Of a stretch of DNA of 64,000 nt, positions 46,231 through 56,302 are shown in pieces; positions within the stretch are counted from its first letter, which is position 1, and each line of letters begins with the position of its first letter. The notes beneath the pieces are model-generated. The model saw only the letters and a list, made by a program, of their open reading frames with translations. It was not told the origin of the DNA and ran no database searches. Source of the DNA: Clostridia bacterium (GTDB taxonomy: Bacteria; Bacillota; Clostridia; Oscillospirales; CAG-382). The stretch covers positions 14,517-78,516 of the forward strand of contig JAFYPA010000083.1 of assembly GCA_017560085.1 (NCBI GenBank), written 5' to 3'. The position numbers and the translations under genes are program-made.

Positions 46231-47487
46231 TTATCTTGTGTGTCCGTTTCCGACAATAACATACTTGTAGGTAGTAAGCTCGCAAAGCCCCATCGGACCT
46301 CTTGCGTGAAGCCTCTGAGTGGAGATACCCATTTCACATCCGAGACCGAATTCACCGCCGTCTGTAAATCTTGTGGAGGCGTTGATGTAGAGCGAGGAGC
46401 TGTCTATGCTTCGTGTGAAGATGTCAGCCGTTTCGCTGTTTTCCGTTACAATTGCCTCGCTGTGACCCGTGGAATGTGCTCCGATGTGGTCTATAGCCTC
46501 GTTTACATCATTTACTACCTTAACTGCAAGAATGTAATCAAGGAACTCGGTATCAAAATCATTTTCTCCCGCACTTGCTCCGTCAATTATTGCGGATGCC
46601 TTCTCGCAAAGACGAAGCTCCACGGGGATTTCTCCTCGCTCGGCTCTGTCCTCTGTGAGGGCTTTTTTTATTTTCGGGAGAATTTCCGGAGCGATTTCCT
46701 CGTGTACCAGACAAACCTCGCAGGCATTGCACACGGAGGGTCTTGATGTCTTGGCGTTGTAGAGAATCTTTATTGCCTTTTCGGTGTCCGCGTCCTTGTC
46801 AATGTAAATGTGGCAGATACCCGTGCCCGTTTCAATACAAGGCACCTTGGCGTTTTCGGTACAAGCCTTTATGAGGCCCGCACCGCCTCTGGGGATGAGA
46901 AGGTCGATATATCCTACACCGGTCATAAGCTCTGTTGCGCTCTGCCTTGTGGTGTCGTCAACAAGGGAAACAAGGTTTTCAGTAAGTCCTACGGATGAAA
47001 GTCCCTTTCTCATAGCATTTACAATAGCCTTTGAGCTGTTGTAAGCCTCTTTACCTCCGCGGAGAATACACACATTACCCGACTTCAGACACAGAGCCGC
47101 CGCATCGCTTGTAACATTCGGGCGGGATTCGTAGATAATTGCCACAACGCCCATGGGAACAGCCTTCTTGCGTATTTCAAGACCGTCCTCACGGATGTAT
47201 TCGGAAAGAACTCTCGTGCAGGGGTCGGGAAGTCTTTTAACGGCAAGAATTCCATCTGCCATAGCCTTGATTCTGTTTTGCGTAAGGCTGAGTCTGTCTA
47301 TCATAACATCGGAGATTTTGCCTCTTGCGTTTTCTACATCAGTAGCATTTGCAAGAAGAATTTCGTCCGTGTCCTCAAGGAGTGCCTTTGCCATAGCCTC
47401 AAGAGCATAGTTCTTTGCTTCCTCTGTCAGAAGAATTGCCGCCTTTTTAGCCTCTTTGGCATTCTGCATTATTTCAAGTGTTGTCAT
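46231..47487 (-). CDS. proA: gamma-glutamyl phosphate reductase
   Basis: Full-length ProA (aldehyde dehydrogenase fold; ...NASTRFTDGGEFG...). Confidence 0.95.
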   Translation of the reverse strand: MTTLEIMQNAKEAKKAAILLTEEAKNYALEAMAKALLEDTDEILLANATDVENARGKISDVMIDRLSLTQNRIKAMADGILAVKRLPDPCTRVLSEYIREDGLEIRKKAVPMGVVAIIYESRPNVTSDAAALCLKSGNVCILRGGKEAYNSSKAIVNAMRKGLSSVGLTENLVSLVDDTTRQSATELMTGVGYIDLLIPRGGAGLIKACTENAKVPCIETGTGICHIYIDKDADTEKAIKILYNAKTSRPSVCNACEVCLVHEEIAPEILPKIKKALTEDRAERGEIPVELRLCEKASAIIDGASAGENDFDTEFLDYILAVKVVNDVNEAIDHIGAHSTGHSEAIVTENSETADIFTRSIDSSSLYINASTRFTDGGEFGLGCEMGISTQRLHARGPMGLCELTTYKYVIVGNGHTR

Positions 47488-47502
47488 ATGTGTAAAACCT
47501 CA

Positions 47503-48270
47503 TTATTTACAGCTGTAAAAGCGTGTGCCGAAGGGGATATTGTCAACTATGTTGTAAAGGATATCGGGATTCTCACCGTTGGCGATAATCATATCCGTGC
47601 CCGCCTCTGTCGCCATCTGTGCCGCACGGAGCTTTGTTTCCATACCGCCCGTACCGAGCTTTGATCCCGCACCGCCCGCAAGAGCGAGAATTTCGGGAGA
47701 GATTTCCCTTACCTCCTCTATAAGCCTTGCGTCGGCATTCTTGTGGGGGTCTGCCGTGTAAAGACCGTCAATGTCCGAGAGAAGCACAAGCAGGTCAGCA
47801 TTAGTCTCTACCGCAACGATTGCGGAAAGAGTATCGTTGTCGCCGATTACGATTTCTTCCGTGGAAACGGTATCGTTTTCGTTTATGATGGGAAGCGCAC
47901 CGAGCTCAAGAAGCCTTGACATTGTGTTGTGGAAGTTGCTTCTTCTGTGCTCGTTGTCAATATCGCTCTTTACGAGAAGCACCTGCGCTACCGTGTGATT
48001 GTATTCCGTGAAAAGCTTGTCGTAGGTGTACATAAGCTCGCACTGACCGACAGCTGCCGCCGCCTGCTTTGTGGGAATGTCCGACGGCTTTTCACCGAGG
48101 GAAAGCTTGCCGACACCCATACCGATGGCACCGGAGGATACAAGCACGATTTCGTTGCCTGCATTCTTAAGGTCGGAAAGCACCTTGCAAAGCTTTTCAA
48201 TTCTTCTTATATTCATTCTGCCGCCCGCGTGGGCAAGGGTCGATGTACCGACCTTAACTACTATTCGCAT
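47503..48270 (-). CDS. proB: glutamate 5-kinase (short form without a PUA domain)
   Basis: MRIVVKVGTSTL...VLVSSGAIGMG amino-acid-kinase fold; 255 aa. Confidence 0.95.
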   Translation of the reverse strand: MRIVVKVGTSTLAHAGGRMNIRRIEKLCKVLSDLKNAGNEIVLVSSGAIGMGVGKLSLGEKPSDIPTKQAAAAVGQCELMYTYDKLFTEYNHTVAQVLLVKSDIDNEHRRSNFHNTMSRLLELGALPIINENDTVSTEEIVIGDNDTLSAIVAVETNADLLVLLSDIDGLYTADPHKNADARLIEEVREISPEILALAGGAGSKLGTGGMETKLRAAQMATEAGTDMIIANGENPDILYNIVDNIPFGTRFYSCK

Positions 48271-48297
48271 AAGTTCAGTCCTTTCGGAATTGCTCTT

Positions 48298-49752
48298 TTA
48301 CATAAGAGTTATTCTTTCAAAGTGTGAGCCCCATTCATAGTCGGAGGCGTAGTCGGGATAAAGCTCCTTTGTTACATAGAACATAACGTCCTTCGCACTC
48401 TCACCGAATATATTGGGAGAAACCTTGAGCTGTGTGGGAGGCACGGTAAGCTCGATACTGCGAAGCTTCTTGCAGTTGTCAAAGGCACCGTCGCGGAAGG
48501 AGGTGAGATTGGAGTTGTCGCTGACAAAGATTCTCTCGAGAGTCTCACTGCTCGAGAATGCATCCTTCTCTATCGCAACCACGGGAAGTCCGTTGTAGGA
48601 TATGGGCATTGTGAGAAGCTTTTCTCTTGTACCCTTTGCGGTAAGTCCTACGAGCACCGCAACCTTGGCACCTGAGATTTCCTCTTCCTTGTATTCGAAG
48701 TAGCCCGTGGTATCATCGTTTACGCTGAAGCCGAAGAAGTCCGCAGGTCTTACGGGAGCCATAGGGAAGGAGAGGGAAAGATTTACACTTGTGTCACCGC
48801 CCGCTCTCATAAGGTCCTTTGCCAGAAGCGAGGTTCTGTATTCAACGCCCGTGTCGTTAAGGTGGTAGTTTGTATCGAAGAAGTATTCCTCGTCCATTAT
48901 GTAGTCGTTGACATTGCTTATAATCTCAAAGTCAAGCTTTTCGCAAAGTGCTGTATAGAAGCCGTATATGCTGTCCTCGGTTGTGTCCTTTGTAAGTCCG
49001 CCCGCATTTATGGGAGGGAAGCTGAAGTAAACCTTTGCACCCTTCTTTTCAGCATCCCTTGCGTACTCGTTGAGGTACTGTGCGAATTCATCGGTAATAA
49101 GCTCGGGAGAAAGGCTTACAAGCTTGTTTTCGTCAACCATTGAAAGCATAGTATTGTACTTTCTCTCGTAGGAGATATCACCGAGGGCGTTGAAGGAATC
49201 CGCTCTGTAAACACCTTCGGGATTGGGCGTTGTGCCTGTGGCGAAAAAGGTCTTCTTGTTCTTGTAGTATTCGGGGAAGGAGGCAAGCACCTTCATAAGG
49301 TCGTCCGAGGGAAGCTTTGAAATCATGGAGTAATCAGCCTCGGATGCCTGCCACATATTTCTTGCGTCAAAGTGAAGGGAATAGGTCTGCGGGTCTGTTT
49401 CGGGACAGATAATAACTATGTCGCCATTGCCTACAGCATCGCGGGAAAGGTCAAGCATAGCCTTTGTTCCGAGGTCTGCGTAAAGACCGAAGTTCACACA
49501 GGGCTTGCCCGTGTATTTTTCAAGTCTCTCACTGTCAAGACCGAATGCCACGTTACTTCCGCCGACAACTATGATTTTCTCGCCCTCAACAGAATAAAGT
49601 CTGTCGTACTTGGGCGCAAGTCCCGCAAGGAAGGTGTTTTCGTACTGTGCGGGAATCATAGCGGACATAAGCGCAAGAAGTATTACCGGCAAAAGGAGAA
49701 CTGCCGAAAAGGGGATTATGTATTTCAGTATTGCTTTAAGTGCATTTTTCAT
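48298..49752 (-). CDS. membrane-anchored DltD/SGNH-like protein fused to a C-terminal BspA-type LRR domain
   Basis: N-terminal TM segment; VVGGSNVAFGLD (Ser block) and DTNYHLNDTG (D/H block) resemble the DltD/AlgX-type esterase fold. The C-terminus VAIEKDAFSSSETLERIFVSDNSNLTSFRDGAFDNCKKLRSIEL is LRR_5-like. Confidence 0.5.
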   Translation of the reverse strand: MKNALKAILKYIIPFSAVLLLPVILLALMSAMIPAQYENTFLAGLAPKYDRLYSVEGEKIIVVGGSNVAFGLDSERLEKYTGKPCVNFGLYADLGTKAMLDLSRDAVGNGDIVIICPETDPQTYSLHFDARNMWQASEADYSMISKLPSDDLMKVLASFPEYYKNKKTFFATGTTPNPEGVYRADSFNALGDISYERKYNTMLSMVDENKLVSLSPELITDEFAQYLNEYARDAEKKGAKVYFSFPPINAGGLTKDTTEDSIYGFYTALCEKLDFEIISNVNDYIMDEEYFFDTNYHLNDTGVEYRTSLLAKDLMRAGGDTSVNLSLSFPMAPVRPADFFGFSVNDDTTGYFEYKEEEISGAKVAVLVGLTAKGTREKLLTMPISYNGLPVVAIEKDAFSSSETLERIFVSDNSNLTSFRDGAFDNCKKLRSIELTVPPTQLKVSPNIFGESAKDVMFYVTKELYPDYASDYEWGSHFERITLM

Positions 49753-49770
49753 TTTTCGGTACTCCTTTCA

Positions 49771-51237
49771 TCAGAACTGGAAATAGATGAACGTGCTGAG
49801 CGTACCCTTGGAGTAAAGGATAAGCCACGCACAGATAACAATCCATATAACGGTAAACGCCTGACTAAGGCTAAAGGAAACCGCCTGCGTGTTCACCGCA
49901 TTGTAGTCTCCCTTGGGATTCATCTTTCTGTCAAGAAGAATAAGCAGAGCGATAGCAAGCACAATCATAAGTGCGGAGGAAAGGCTGAGTCCCATAACCG
50001 ACTCGAGCGAGCCGATACCGCCAAGATTTACAAGCTTTGAGAGAAGCACGCCGAGGTCGGAAATGCTGTTTGCACGGAAGAATATCCACGCAAAGGTAAC
50101 AAGCACAAAGGTGAAGAATGTTCTCCAAACCTTGACAAGTATGCTTTCCTCTGAAAGCCCGATTTTTGAAAGCATAGCGTTTCTTGCCTTTATAGTAAGT
50201 CTTCCGATAATCTGATAGAAGCCGTGAAGCGCACCCCAGATAACAAAGGTCATATTCGCACCGTGCCAGAGACCGCTGACAGTGAATACTATCATAATAT
50301 TCAGCATATTGCGCACCTTCGATCTTCTGTTGCCGCCAAGCGGGATATAAAGGTAATCCTTAAACCAGGAGGAAAGGCTGATATGCCATCTTGCCCAGAA
50401 TTCCTTGATGGATTTTGCACTGTAGGGTCTGTTGAAGTTCTGCATAAGACGGATGCCCATAATTCTTGCACAGCCGATTGCAATGTCGGTGTATCCCGAG
50501 AAGTCGCAGTAAATCTGCATTGCAAAAAGACAGCTTGCAACAATTACCGTAAGACCCGTAGCCTTTTCGGGATTGTTGAATACGGAGTTAACGTAAGGCG
50601 CGATAATATCCGCAACCGCAATTTTCTTGAAGTAACCGATAAGCATAATTGCCGCACCGTTTACAAAGTTGTCTCTTGTGAGCTTATGCTCCTTTTTGAG
50701 CTGAGGAAGAAGATTCTCCGGCCTTTCGATAGGACCCGCAACAAGCTGAGGGAAGAAGGTTACGAAAAGAGCATAGTAGAGGAAATTCTTCTCCGCATCA
50801 ATACTCTTTCTGTAAACGTCTATAACATAGGAGAGCGTCTGGAAGGTGTAGAAGGAAATACCTACGGGAAGTATCAGCTCAAGTGCACCGGATACTGCGT
50901 TAGGCTCTCCCGTAAAGAGAGAAACCACAGAGCCTACGGTAGACACAAAGAAATTGAAGTACTTATAGAAGAACAGTACCCCCAGACAGGCAATAAGTGT
51001 TACCGTCAGAAGAAGTCTGCGAACACCCTTTTTCTCGGTTTTCTCCATAAGAAGTCCGGAGACATAGGAAACAACCGTCGTAAAGAGGATAAGTCCCATA
51101 AGCTTCACATTCCAGCAGGCGTAGAAGTAGTAGCTGAGAATAAGAAGCGGAACGACTCTGTATTTTCTGGGTGTCAGGAAGTGGAACAGCAGAACAATGG
51201 GGAAGAAAGCAAGGAATGCAAGTGAATTGAATGTCAT
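49771..51237 (-). CDS. MBOAT-family membrane-bound O-acyltransferase (AlgI/DltB/PatA-like)
   Basis: Polytopic protein with the MBOAT signature FWARWHISLSSWFKDYLYIPLGGNR, including the catalytic His. Confidence 0.9.
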   Translation of the reverse strand: MTFNSLAFLAFFPIVLLFHFLTPRKYRVVPLLILSYYFYACWNVKLMGLILFTTVVSYVSGLLMEKTEKKGVRRLLLTVTLIACLGVLFFYKYFNFFVSTVGSVVSLFTGEPNAVSGALELILPVGISFYTFQTLSYVIDVYRKSIDAEKNFLYYALFVTFFPQLVAGPIERPENLLPQLKKEHKLTRDNFVNGAAIMLIGYFKKIAVADIIAPYVNSVFNNPEKATGLTVIVASCLFAMQIYCDFSGYTDIAIGCARIMGIRLMQNFNRPYSAKSIKEFWARWHISLSSWFKDYLYIPLGGNRRSKVRNMLNIMIVFTVSGLWHGANMTFVIWGALHGFYQIIGRLTIKARNAMLSKIGLSEESILVKVWRTFFTFVLVTFAWIFFRANSISDLGVLLSKLVNLGGIGSLESVMGLSLSSALMIVLAIALLILLDRKMNPKGDYNAVNTQAVSFSLSQAFTVIWIVICAWLILYSKGTLSTFIYFQF

Positions 51238-51497
51238 TTTTCTTCCTCCTCTGCCTTAATGCCCTTGATTTTTTCGCATATTACCGAGGCAATAAGCGAT
51301 ACGGTAAGCATAAAGAATACGTCCGTAAGATTACCGCCGAAATAAACCGTTGCCGCAATGGCAAGAGCGTGAATTACCGCTCCGATATAGGATACGACCG
51401 TGCGACCCTTAAGAATCGCACATACAACAGAAGCAATTACCGCAAGCACAGGGATGAGCAAAAGAAGCGGTGCTTCGAAAAATATAAGATTCGTCAT
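51234..51497 (-). CDS. small 3-TM membrane protein translationally coupled to the MBOAT gene
   Basis: 87 aa. Its stop overlaps the MBOAT start (ATGA), and its start abuts the stop of the upstream gene. Confidence 0.5.
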   Translation of the reverse strand: MTNLIFFEAPLLLLIPVLAVIASVVCAILKGRTVVSYIGAVIHALAIAATVYFGGNLTDVFFMLTVSLIASVICEKIKGIKAEEEEK

Positions 51498-53621
51498 TTA
51501 TTTTGCCTCCCAAAAGCTAAGGTCTTCGCCTGAAATGTCAATGGGTGTGTACTTGTCGCCGGTGTAAGCACAGAAGTCGCGCAGAAGTCTTGCGGTTCTG
51601 ATTCTTCTGCCGTGCTCGTTAAGGTGGTAGTCTGTGTTGGACATATACTTTCCGGGGAAGATATAGTCGTGTACCTTGGAAATTACCGGGGCGTTGAGAT
51701 TCTCGTTCATAAATCTGTCGTAGCTGTCGTAGGCAGCCTTGTTTCTGAACTGCTCAAGCACCGCATTGTAGTTGAAGGACGGATAGGAAACAAGCACGGT
51801 TGCGCCTCTTGCCGTAATTCCGTCGTAAATTCCGCACAGATTCTGTGCCTCCTCCTTGGAGATAAAGGTATCGCTGAACTCGAATCTGCCGTTTGTACCT
51901 GAAAAGAAGTCGTCGCTGTTGTAGTTCTGCTGAAGCGAGGTCTTTTCTCCGCGCTTGTTGTGAACGCTGGGATTTGCGTTGTAGTCACCGCCGAAGTTTA
52001 CGCCTCTTGTCTTGTTGAAGGTGGAGAGGGCATCAAAGAAGTGGGTGTACTTTGAGAAGTCAACAAGGGAGAGAATGTTGTAGTTGGACTCAAGTCCTTG
52101 GAATGTAAGAGCATTGATTTCGTATGTACCTCTGCAGAATTCCATCTGCTCGAAGTTGTGAATCATATAGTCGCCCTCACCGAGCGTGTTGCCAATACAG
52201 TCAAGAATAAGCGAAATGTTGAACGCCGCATCCGTACCGAAGTTCACGCAGTAATACTTACCGCCGAGGCTTTCCTCCATAAGAAGGGTGTCAAGACCGT
52301 GGTCCGTGTTGGAGCCTGAAAGAACAACCACCTTGGGCTTGTCGTCGGGAAGGGAGATAAGATACTGATACTTTATGGAGAAGTTTCTGTAGTTTGAGGT
52401 ATAAACGGGACGGATAGCCGCATCAACATGAATCCTTTTGATTTTCGCACTCTCAAGGAAGAAGTCCGCGGGCACATCTCTTATCGCATCCGACATATGT
52501 ACCTTTTCGAGATTGGGACAGTCGTAAACAGCACCGCTCTCACCGCTTGTAAGATAGCAGGGAAGCATAATCGTCTTTATGTTGTCACCGCTGATTGCAC
52601 CTGCGGCAATGCGGATAACCTTCTTGCCGTCAATGATTTCGGGAATGACAAGCTTCTCCTCGTTGCCGTTGTACTTGTTGATAACAATTCCGTCCTCAAA
52701 GTCCGCATACTCAAAGAAGGAAAGGTCGGAATACTTTTCCCATACGCAGAAAAGGGGAGTAACACTGCGCTCACCGGGAGCGAATCTTGCCGTATGACCG
52801 AGACCGTAAACATTTCCGCTTCCGTCGGCATTATCCGAGAAGCCGACAAGCTTGTAGCCCTCGCGGATGAAAAGCTCGTTTGCACCGGGCAGAGTGTTGG
52901 GCATAAGGAAATAACGGTCGTAGCTCTGTGCCGTGTAGAATTCGTCCTCCGAATCCTTTATGCTGCCGCCGTTGGGATAGTATACGAGAATCTTGGACTC
53001 ACTGAGCACCGCCGCGGGCTTTGTGGTCTTGTCCTCAACCTTGGGTGCAGTACCCTTGAAGTTTGCGTGGACTGTTGTTGCCCCGTCCAGAATAAAGGTG
53101 TAGGAGCGGTCTGTGGTGAGAAGCTCACCACCGTTTGAAAGTGTCTTATCCGCAGACCAGCCGAGGAATTCGTAGTCCTTCTTGGGCGTTGCGGAAACGG
53201 AAATCTTCGTGCCTGCCGCATATTTTCCCGTGGGGATGCTGGATTCGGTATATCCTCCGCCGCTGAGCGACTGAAGGCTGAAGGTGTATTTTCTCTTGTT
53301 CTTTGTGTTTTCCGCGGAAAACTCATAGGTTGTGGGGTACTTCACATCCGAAATAACAATCTGTCCCTTTTTGAAGGTGACATTTTCGGGGAATTCATCA
53401 TTGCCGAATTTGAAATTCTTTTCAAGCTCAATGTCAAATACCGCCGTGCCTCCGCTTGTAATACTCAAGGGATTTTCACTTGTAACGGTGTAGCCGTTGC
53501 CGCCCAGAAGCATAACCTTTACGGCATCTGCACCATTGCCGTCGCCCGGAGTCTGCACATTGCAGGCACTAAGAGCAAGACACAGCGATGCGGACAGCGT
53601 ACACAAAATCTTTTTGTTCAT
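51498..53621 (-). CDS. lipoprotein with Listeria-Bacteroides repeat domains, BspA-type LRR and a DltD/SGNH-like domain
   Basis: Lipobox LALSAC. YEFLGWSADKTLSNG and GYKLVGFSDNADGSG (Flg_new-type repeats). LRR_5-like GKKVIRIAAGAISGDNIKTIMLP. VVLSGSNTDHGLD and NTDYHLNEHG parallel 48298..49752. Confidence 0.5.
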   Translation of the reverse strand: MNKKILCTLSASLCLALSACNVQTPGDGNGADAVKVMLLGGNGYTVTSENPLSITSGGTAVFDIELEKNFKFGNDEFPENVTFKKGQIVISDVKYPTTYEFSAENTKNKRKYTFSLQSLSGGGYTESSIPTGKYAAGTKISVSATPKKDYEFLGWSADKTLSNGGELLTTDRSYTFILDGATTVHANFKGTAPKVEDKTTKPAAVLSESKILVYYPNGGSIKDSEDEFYTAQSYDRYFLMPNTLPGANELFIREGYKLVGFSDNADGSGNVYGLGHTARFAPGERSVTPLFCVWEKYSDLSFFEYADFEDGIVINKYNGNEEKLVIPEIIDGKKVIRIAAGAISGDNIKTIMLPCYLTSGESGAVYDCPNLEKVHMSDAIRDVPADFFLESAKIKRIHVDAAIRPVYTSNYRNFSIKYQYLISLPDDKPKVVVLSGSNTDHGLDTLLMEESLGGKYYCVNFGTDAAFNISLILDCIGNTLGEGDYMIHNFEQMEFCRGTYEINALTFQGLESNYNILSLVDFSKYTHFFDALSTFNKTRGVNFGGDYNANPSVHNKRGEKTSLQQNYNSDDFFSGTNGRFEFSDTFISKEEAQNLCGIYDGITARGATVLVSYPSFNYNAVLEQFRNKAAYDSYDRFMNENLNAPVISKVHDYIFPGKYMSNTDYHLNEHGRRIRTARLLRDFCAYTGDKYTPIDISGEDLSFWEAK

Positions 53622-53683
53622 ATGTCTTTCCGTTTTCCTTTCGGTTTTTTGCTTTGTTTTATAAAAAACAAAAATACATAGTC

Positions 53684-53712
53684 ATTATACTCCAAAAAAC
53701 TCCGTAATGCAA
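53684..53712 (-). promoter_or_regulatory. putative promoter of the lipoprotein/MBOAT operon
   Basis: On the minus strand: TTGCAT (53707-53712), 17-nt spacer, TATAAT (53684-53689). Confidence 0.5.
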
Positions 53713-53765
53713 TAGAAAACTGTAAAAAATAGATTTAATTTCTAATTATTTATATAATATTAACG

Positions 53766-53797
53766 CAAAAAAAGGAAGTCCCGCAAAAGGGACTTCC
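53766..53797 (-). terminator. intrinsic terminator after the prsA-like gene
   Basis: GGAAGTCCC-gcaaaa-GGGACTTCC, a perfect 9-bp stem, followed on the minus strand by a T-run of 8. Confidence 0.75.
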
Positions 53798-53816
53798 CTG
53801 TGTGATTCGCTTTTTG

Positions 53817-54950
53817 TTATTCGGCTGTCTTGAGAGTACCGATATTCTGCATTGTGAGCTCATTGAACTTGTCCGTATAAACAACGGGAAGAGTTGCAAC
53901 ATATTCCTGAAGCTCAGCTGTGAGGCTGTCGCCTGTCATGGTGTTGAGAATTTCCCAGTAGGTTTCGCCGTCCTCGTCAAGGATTGCGGCAAAGTCAAGG
54001 GGAAGCTTCTTGATGATGTGGTAGCCGTAGCTTGTTTCAATAGGCTCGCTGATTTCGTTGTTCGCAAGTCTGAAGGATTCGTCCTCGAATTCCTTTACCA
54101 TCATACCGTATGTGAAGGTGTAGCCCTCGGGATTGCCCTCCATTCCGGGGTCCTCGCCGTACTGCTCAACGAGAGAGTAGAAGTCCTCACCGTTCTTAGC
54201 CTTGCCCGCGATTTCCTTTGCAAGCTCAAGCTTCTTTGCCTTTTCCTCCTCGGGAAGAGCATTGCCCTCATCGTCGAGAGTGCCGATAAGAACGTGCTGA
54301 ACATGAACATAGTTTTCGTCAGCGTACTTTACAACCTCATCGTCGGGAGCGCTTGCCTTGAGAAGAAGTGTGCTGTATTCGTCGTACTTGAGAAGGTGCT
54401 TGAAGGTATCTGCTGTAACGAAGCTGTAATCAAGAGCTTCAGCAAAGCCCTCACTGCCGTACTGATGGCGGAGGCTTTCGAAGTTGGAGTCGATGTTGAT
54501 GATGTTCTCGTCCGTAAGCTCAAGCTTGTACTTTTCAGTTGCGAGAAGCTTTATGCCCGCAAACTGCTTGTACTGGTCAACGATGGTTGCCTTGTAGGAG
54601 TCTGTGTTTTCGGGTGTCCAGTAGGACTCGTCACCGTTGTCGTAGTAGGACTTCTGTGTCATTGCGTAGTAGATGAATTCCGCAAAGGTGATGGGATGTC
54701 CGCCGATTGTGAACATAACCTCGTCGTCGGAGTAGTTCCAGATATAGTCGGAATATCCGAGCTGCTCGGGGAGATCCGTTGTTCCCTCGGGCTGAGCGGT
54801 CTCTGTGCCGACCTCACCTGCGGGAGCTTCAATCTGTTCGCCCTTTACCGTGTCGTTTGTTACTTCGTTGTTCTTCTTTCCGCATCCGCCGAGTGCTGCA
54901 GCACCGAGTGCAAGAGCGAGAAGGAGTGCTGTGATTCTTGTCTTTTTCAT
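53817..54950 (-). CDS. prsA: PrsA-like lipoprotein peptidyl-prolyl isomerase (parvulin type)
   Basis: Lipobox ALGGC and the parvulin domain HVQHVLIG...FEDESFRLANNEISEPIETSYGYHIIKK. Confidence 0.8.
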   Translation of the reverse strand: MKKTRITALLLALALGAAALGGCGKKNNEVTNDTVKGEQIEAPAGEVGTETAQPEGTTDLPEQLGYSDYIWNYSDDEVMFTIGGHPITFAEFIYYAMTQKSYYDNGDESYWTPENTDSYKATIVDQYKQFAGIKLLATEKYKLELTDENIINIDSNFESLRHQYGSEGFAEALDYSFVTADTFKHLLKYDEYSTLLLKASAPDDEVVKYADENYVHVQHVLIGTLDDEGNALPEEEKAKKLELAKEIAGKAKNGEDFYSLVEQYGEDPGMEGNPEGYTFTYGMMVKEFEDESFRLANNEISEPIETSYGYHIIKKLPLDFAAILDEDGETYWEILNTMTGDSLTAELQEYVATLPVVYTDKFNELTMQNIGTLKTAE

Positions 54951-55091
54951 GTTATTTTACCTTTCTTACCGACCGAAATCGGAATTTTGCTTATTGAACT
55001 TTCTAATTATAACAGTTTTATGTGACATTCATATGAATATTATCCGAATTATTCGCACAATCCGAAATATTTTTACGTGCCCGTTTATCAA

Positions 55092-55628
55092 TTATCCGAG
55101 CATAAATTTGTCGATTCCCCACTTTTTTCTGTAAACTCTTGTATAGGCAAGAGTAAAAACTCCGATTGCGATATCGTAAACCGCAAAAAATACATTTGCC
55201 ATAAGCCAGAGAGCAAGAAGCATCGTCCTGCTCTCCTCAGCCTCTGCGGACAGCAGAATTTTCGTCATAAGGAAATACACCGAAATTATTGCTGTATTGA
55301 ACAGCATATACTTAAGAATCCACGAAAACAGCCTCGGAAGCCTTGCAAAATATTCCCGTATAATCGGGTAATACCCGAAATACAATACAAAGTAAAGCGA
55401 AACCGTCGCCGAGGGGAACAACAGCAGAAGAAGCACCGAGGAAACGGAATAAATCAGTATCTGATATCTTTTTCCAAGCTCCGTTCCCGACAGTGCCACA
55501 ACCGCAGATGCGGCGGTAACAGCCGTTAAATCCGCAACATCAAGCACACAGCCCACAAGGGAAATAACTGTGGTCAGCGCACACAGAAGCGAGGCTACGG
55601 CAAGCCTTTTTGTTTCTTTTCTTTTCAA
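55092..55628 (-). CDS. polytopic membrane protein, family not recognised
   Basis: 178 aa with 5-6 hydrophobic segments. Last gene of the DUF5685/J-domain string. Confidence 0.5.
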   Translation of the reverse strand: MKRKETKRLAVASLLCALTTVISLVGCVLDVADLTAVTAASAVVALSGTELGKRYQILIYSVSSVLLLLLFPSATVSLYFVLYFGYYPIIREYFARLPRLFSWILKYMLFNTAIISVYFLMTKILLSAEAEESRTMLLALWLMANVFFAVYDIAIGVFTLAYTRVYRKKWGIDKFMLG

Positions 55629-55658
55629 TATAATCCTCCGAAAAAGCGATAAGATAAA

Positions 55659-56270
55659 TCAGAAGCAGCACCGCAGGCAGTCGTAAAGCGAGCTGCAGCA
55701 GCAAAGACAACTACAGGGGTCACAGCAGGAGCAACCAAGCGGAATAAAGCTTGTGTCGTTTCCGCCCGTATATTCGGTATACCCTTGCGAGCGTGAGCTT
55801 ATACTCTCGTATGCAGTCCTGTATTCCTCGTTTGACGGGTCCATGGAGTGAGCCATACCGAATTCCCTTGAGGCTCTTGCATTGTTGTTGAGCCTTAAGT
55901 AAACATGACCCATAATATAGTGCCATTCCGCATCTCTGTACCCCTCAGGAATGCTCTGCAAAAGAGAGAGCGCACCGAGAACATTGCCCGCATTGAGATA
56001 ATCTCTTGCGGTGCTTTTCATCCTTTCGTATGCATTGGTGTCACCATAGGAGGCGTTGCCACCGTAGTAATTGCCACCACTTGATTTTCCGCTTCGCATA
56101 TCCTGAATTTTATCGTAAGCGGCATTTATTTCACGCATTTTTTCTGCGGCATATTCGCTTCCGCCGTTGGTGTCGGGGTGGTATTTTTTTGCGAGTGCCC
56201 TGTATGCCGACTTGATTTCATCATCGGTAGCAGTGGGGGACACGCCGAGGATTTCGTAGGGTGTTTTCAT
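55659..56270 (-). CDS. J-domain protein with a TPR-like middle region and a poly-Cys C-terminus
   Basis: J domain [29 protein letters not shown] with the HPD motif intact. C-terminus [26 protein letters not shown]. Confidence 0.8.
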   Translation of the reverse strand: MKTPYEILGVSPTATDDEIKSAYRALAKKYHPDTNGGSEYAAEKMREINAAYDKIQDMRSGKSSGGNYYGGNASYGDTNAYERMKSTARDYLNAGNVLGALSLLQSIPEGYRDAEWHYIMGHVYLRLNNNARASREFGMAHSMDPSNEEYRTAYESISSRSQGYTEYTGGNDTSFIPLGCSCCDPCSCLCCCSSLYDCLRCCF

Positions 56271-56302
56271 TTATGGATTTATTCCTTTCGGGAAATATAA
56301 TG

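Noticed and set aside
49372-51225. 222-aa and 333-aa plus-strand ORFs
   Set aside because: They are antisense shadows of the DltD-like and MBOAT genes.
53802-55025. 407-aa plus-strand ORF
   Set aside because: It is antisense to the PrsA-like lipoprotein gene. It is rich in Cys, Val and Leu with no motifs.
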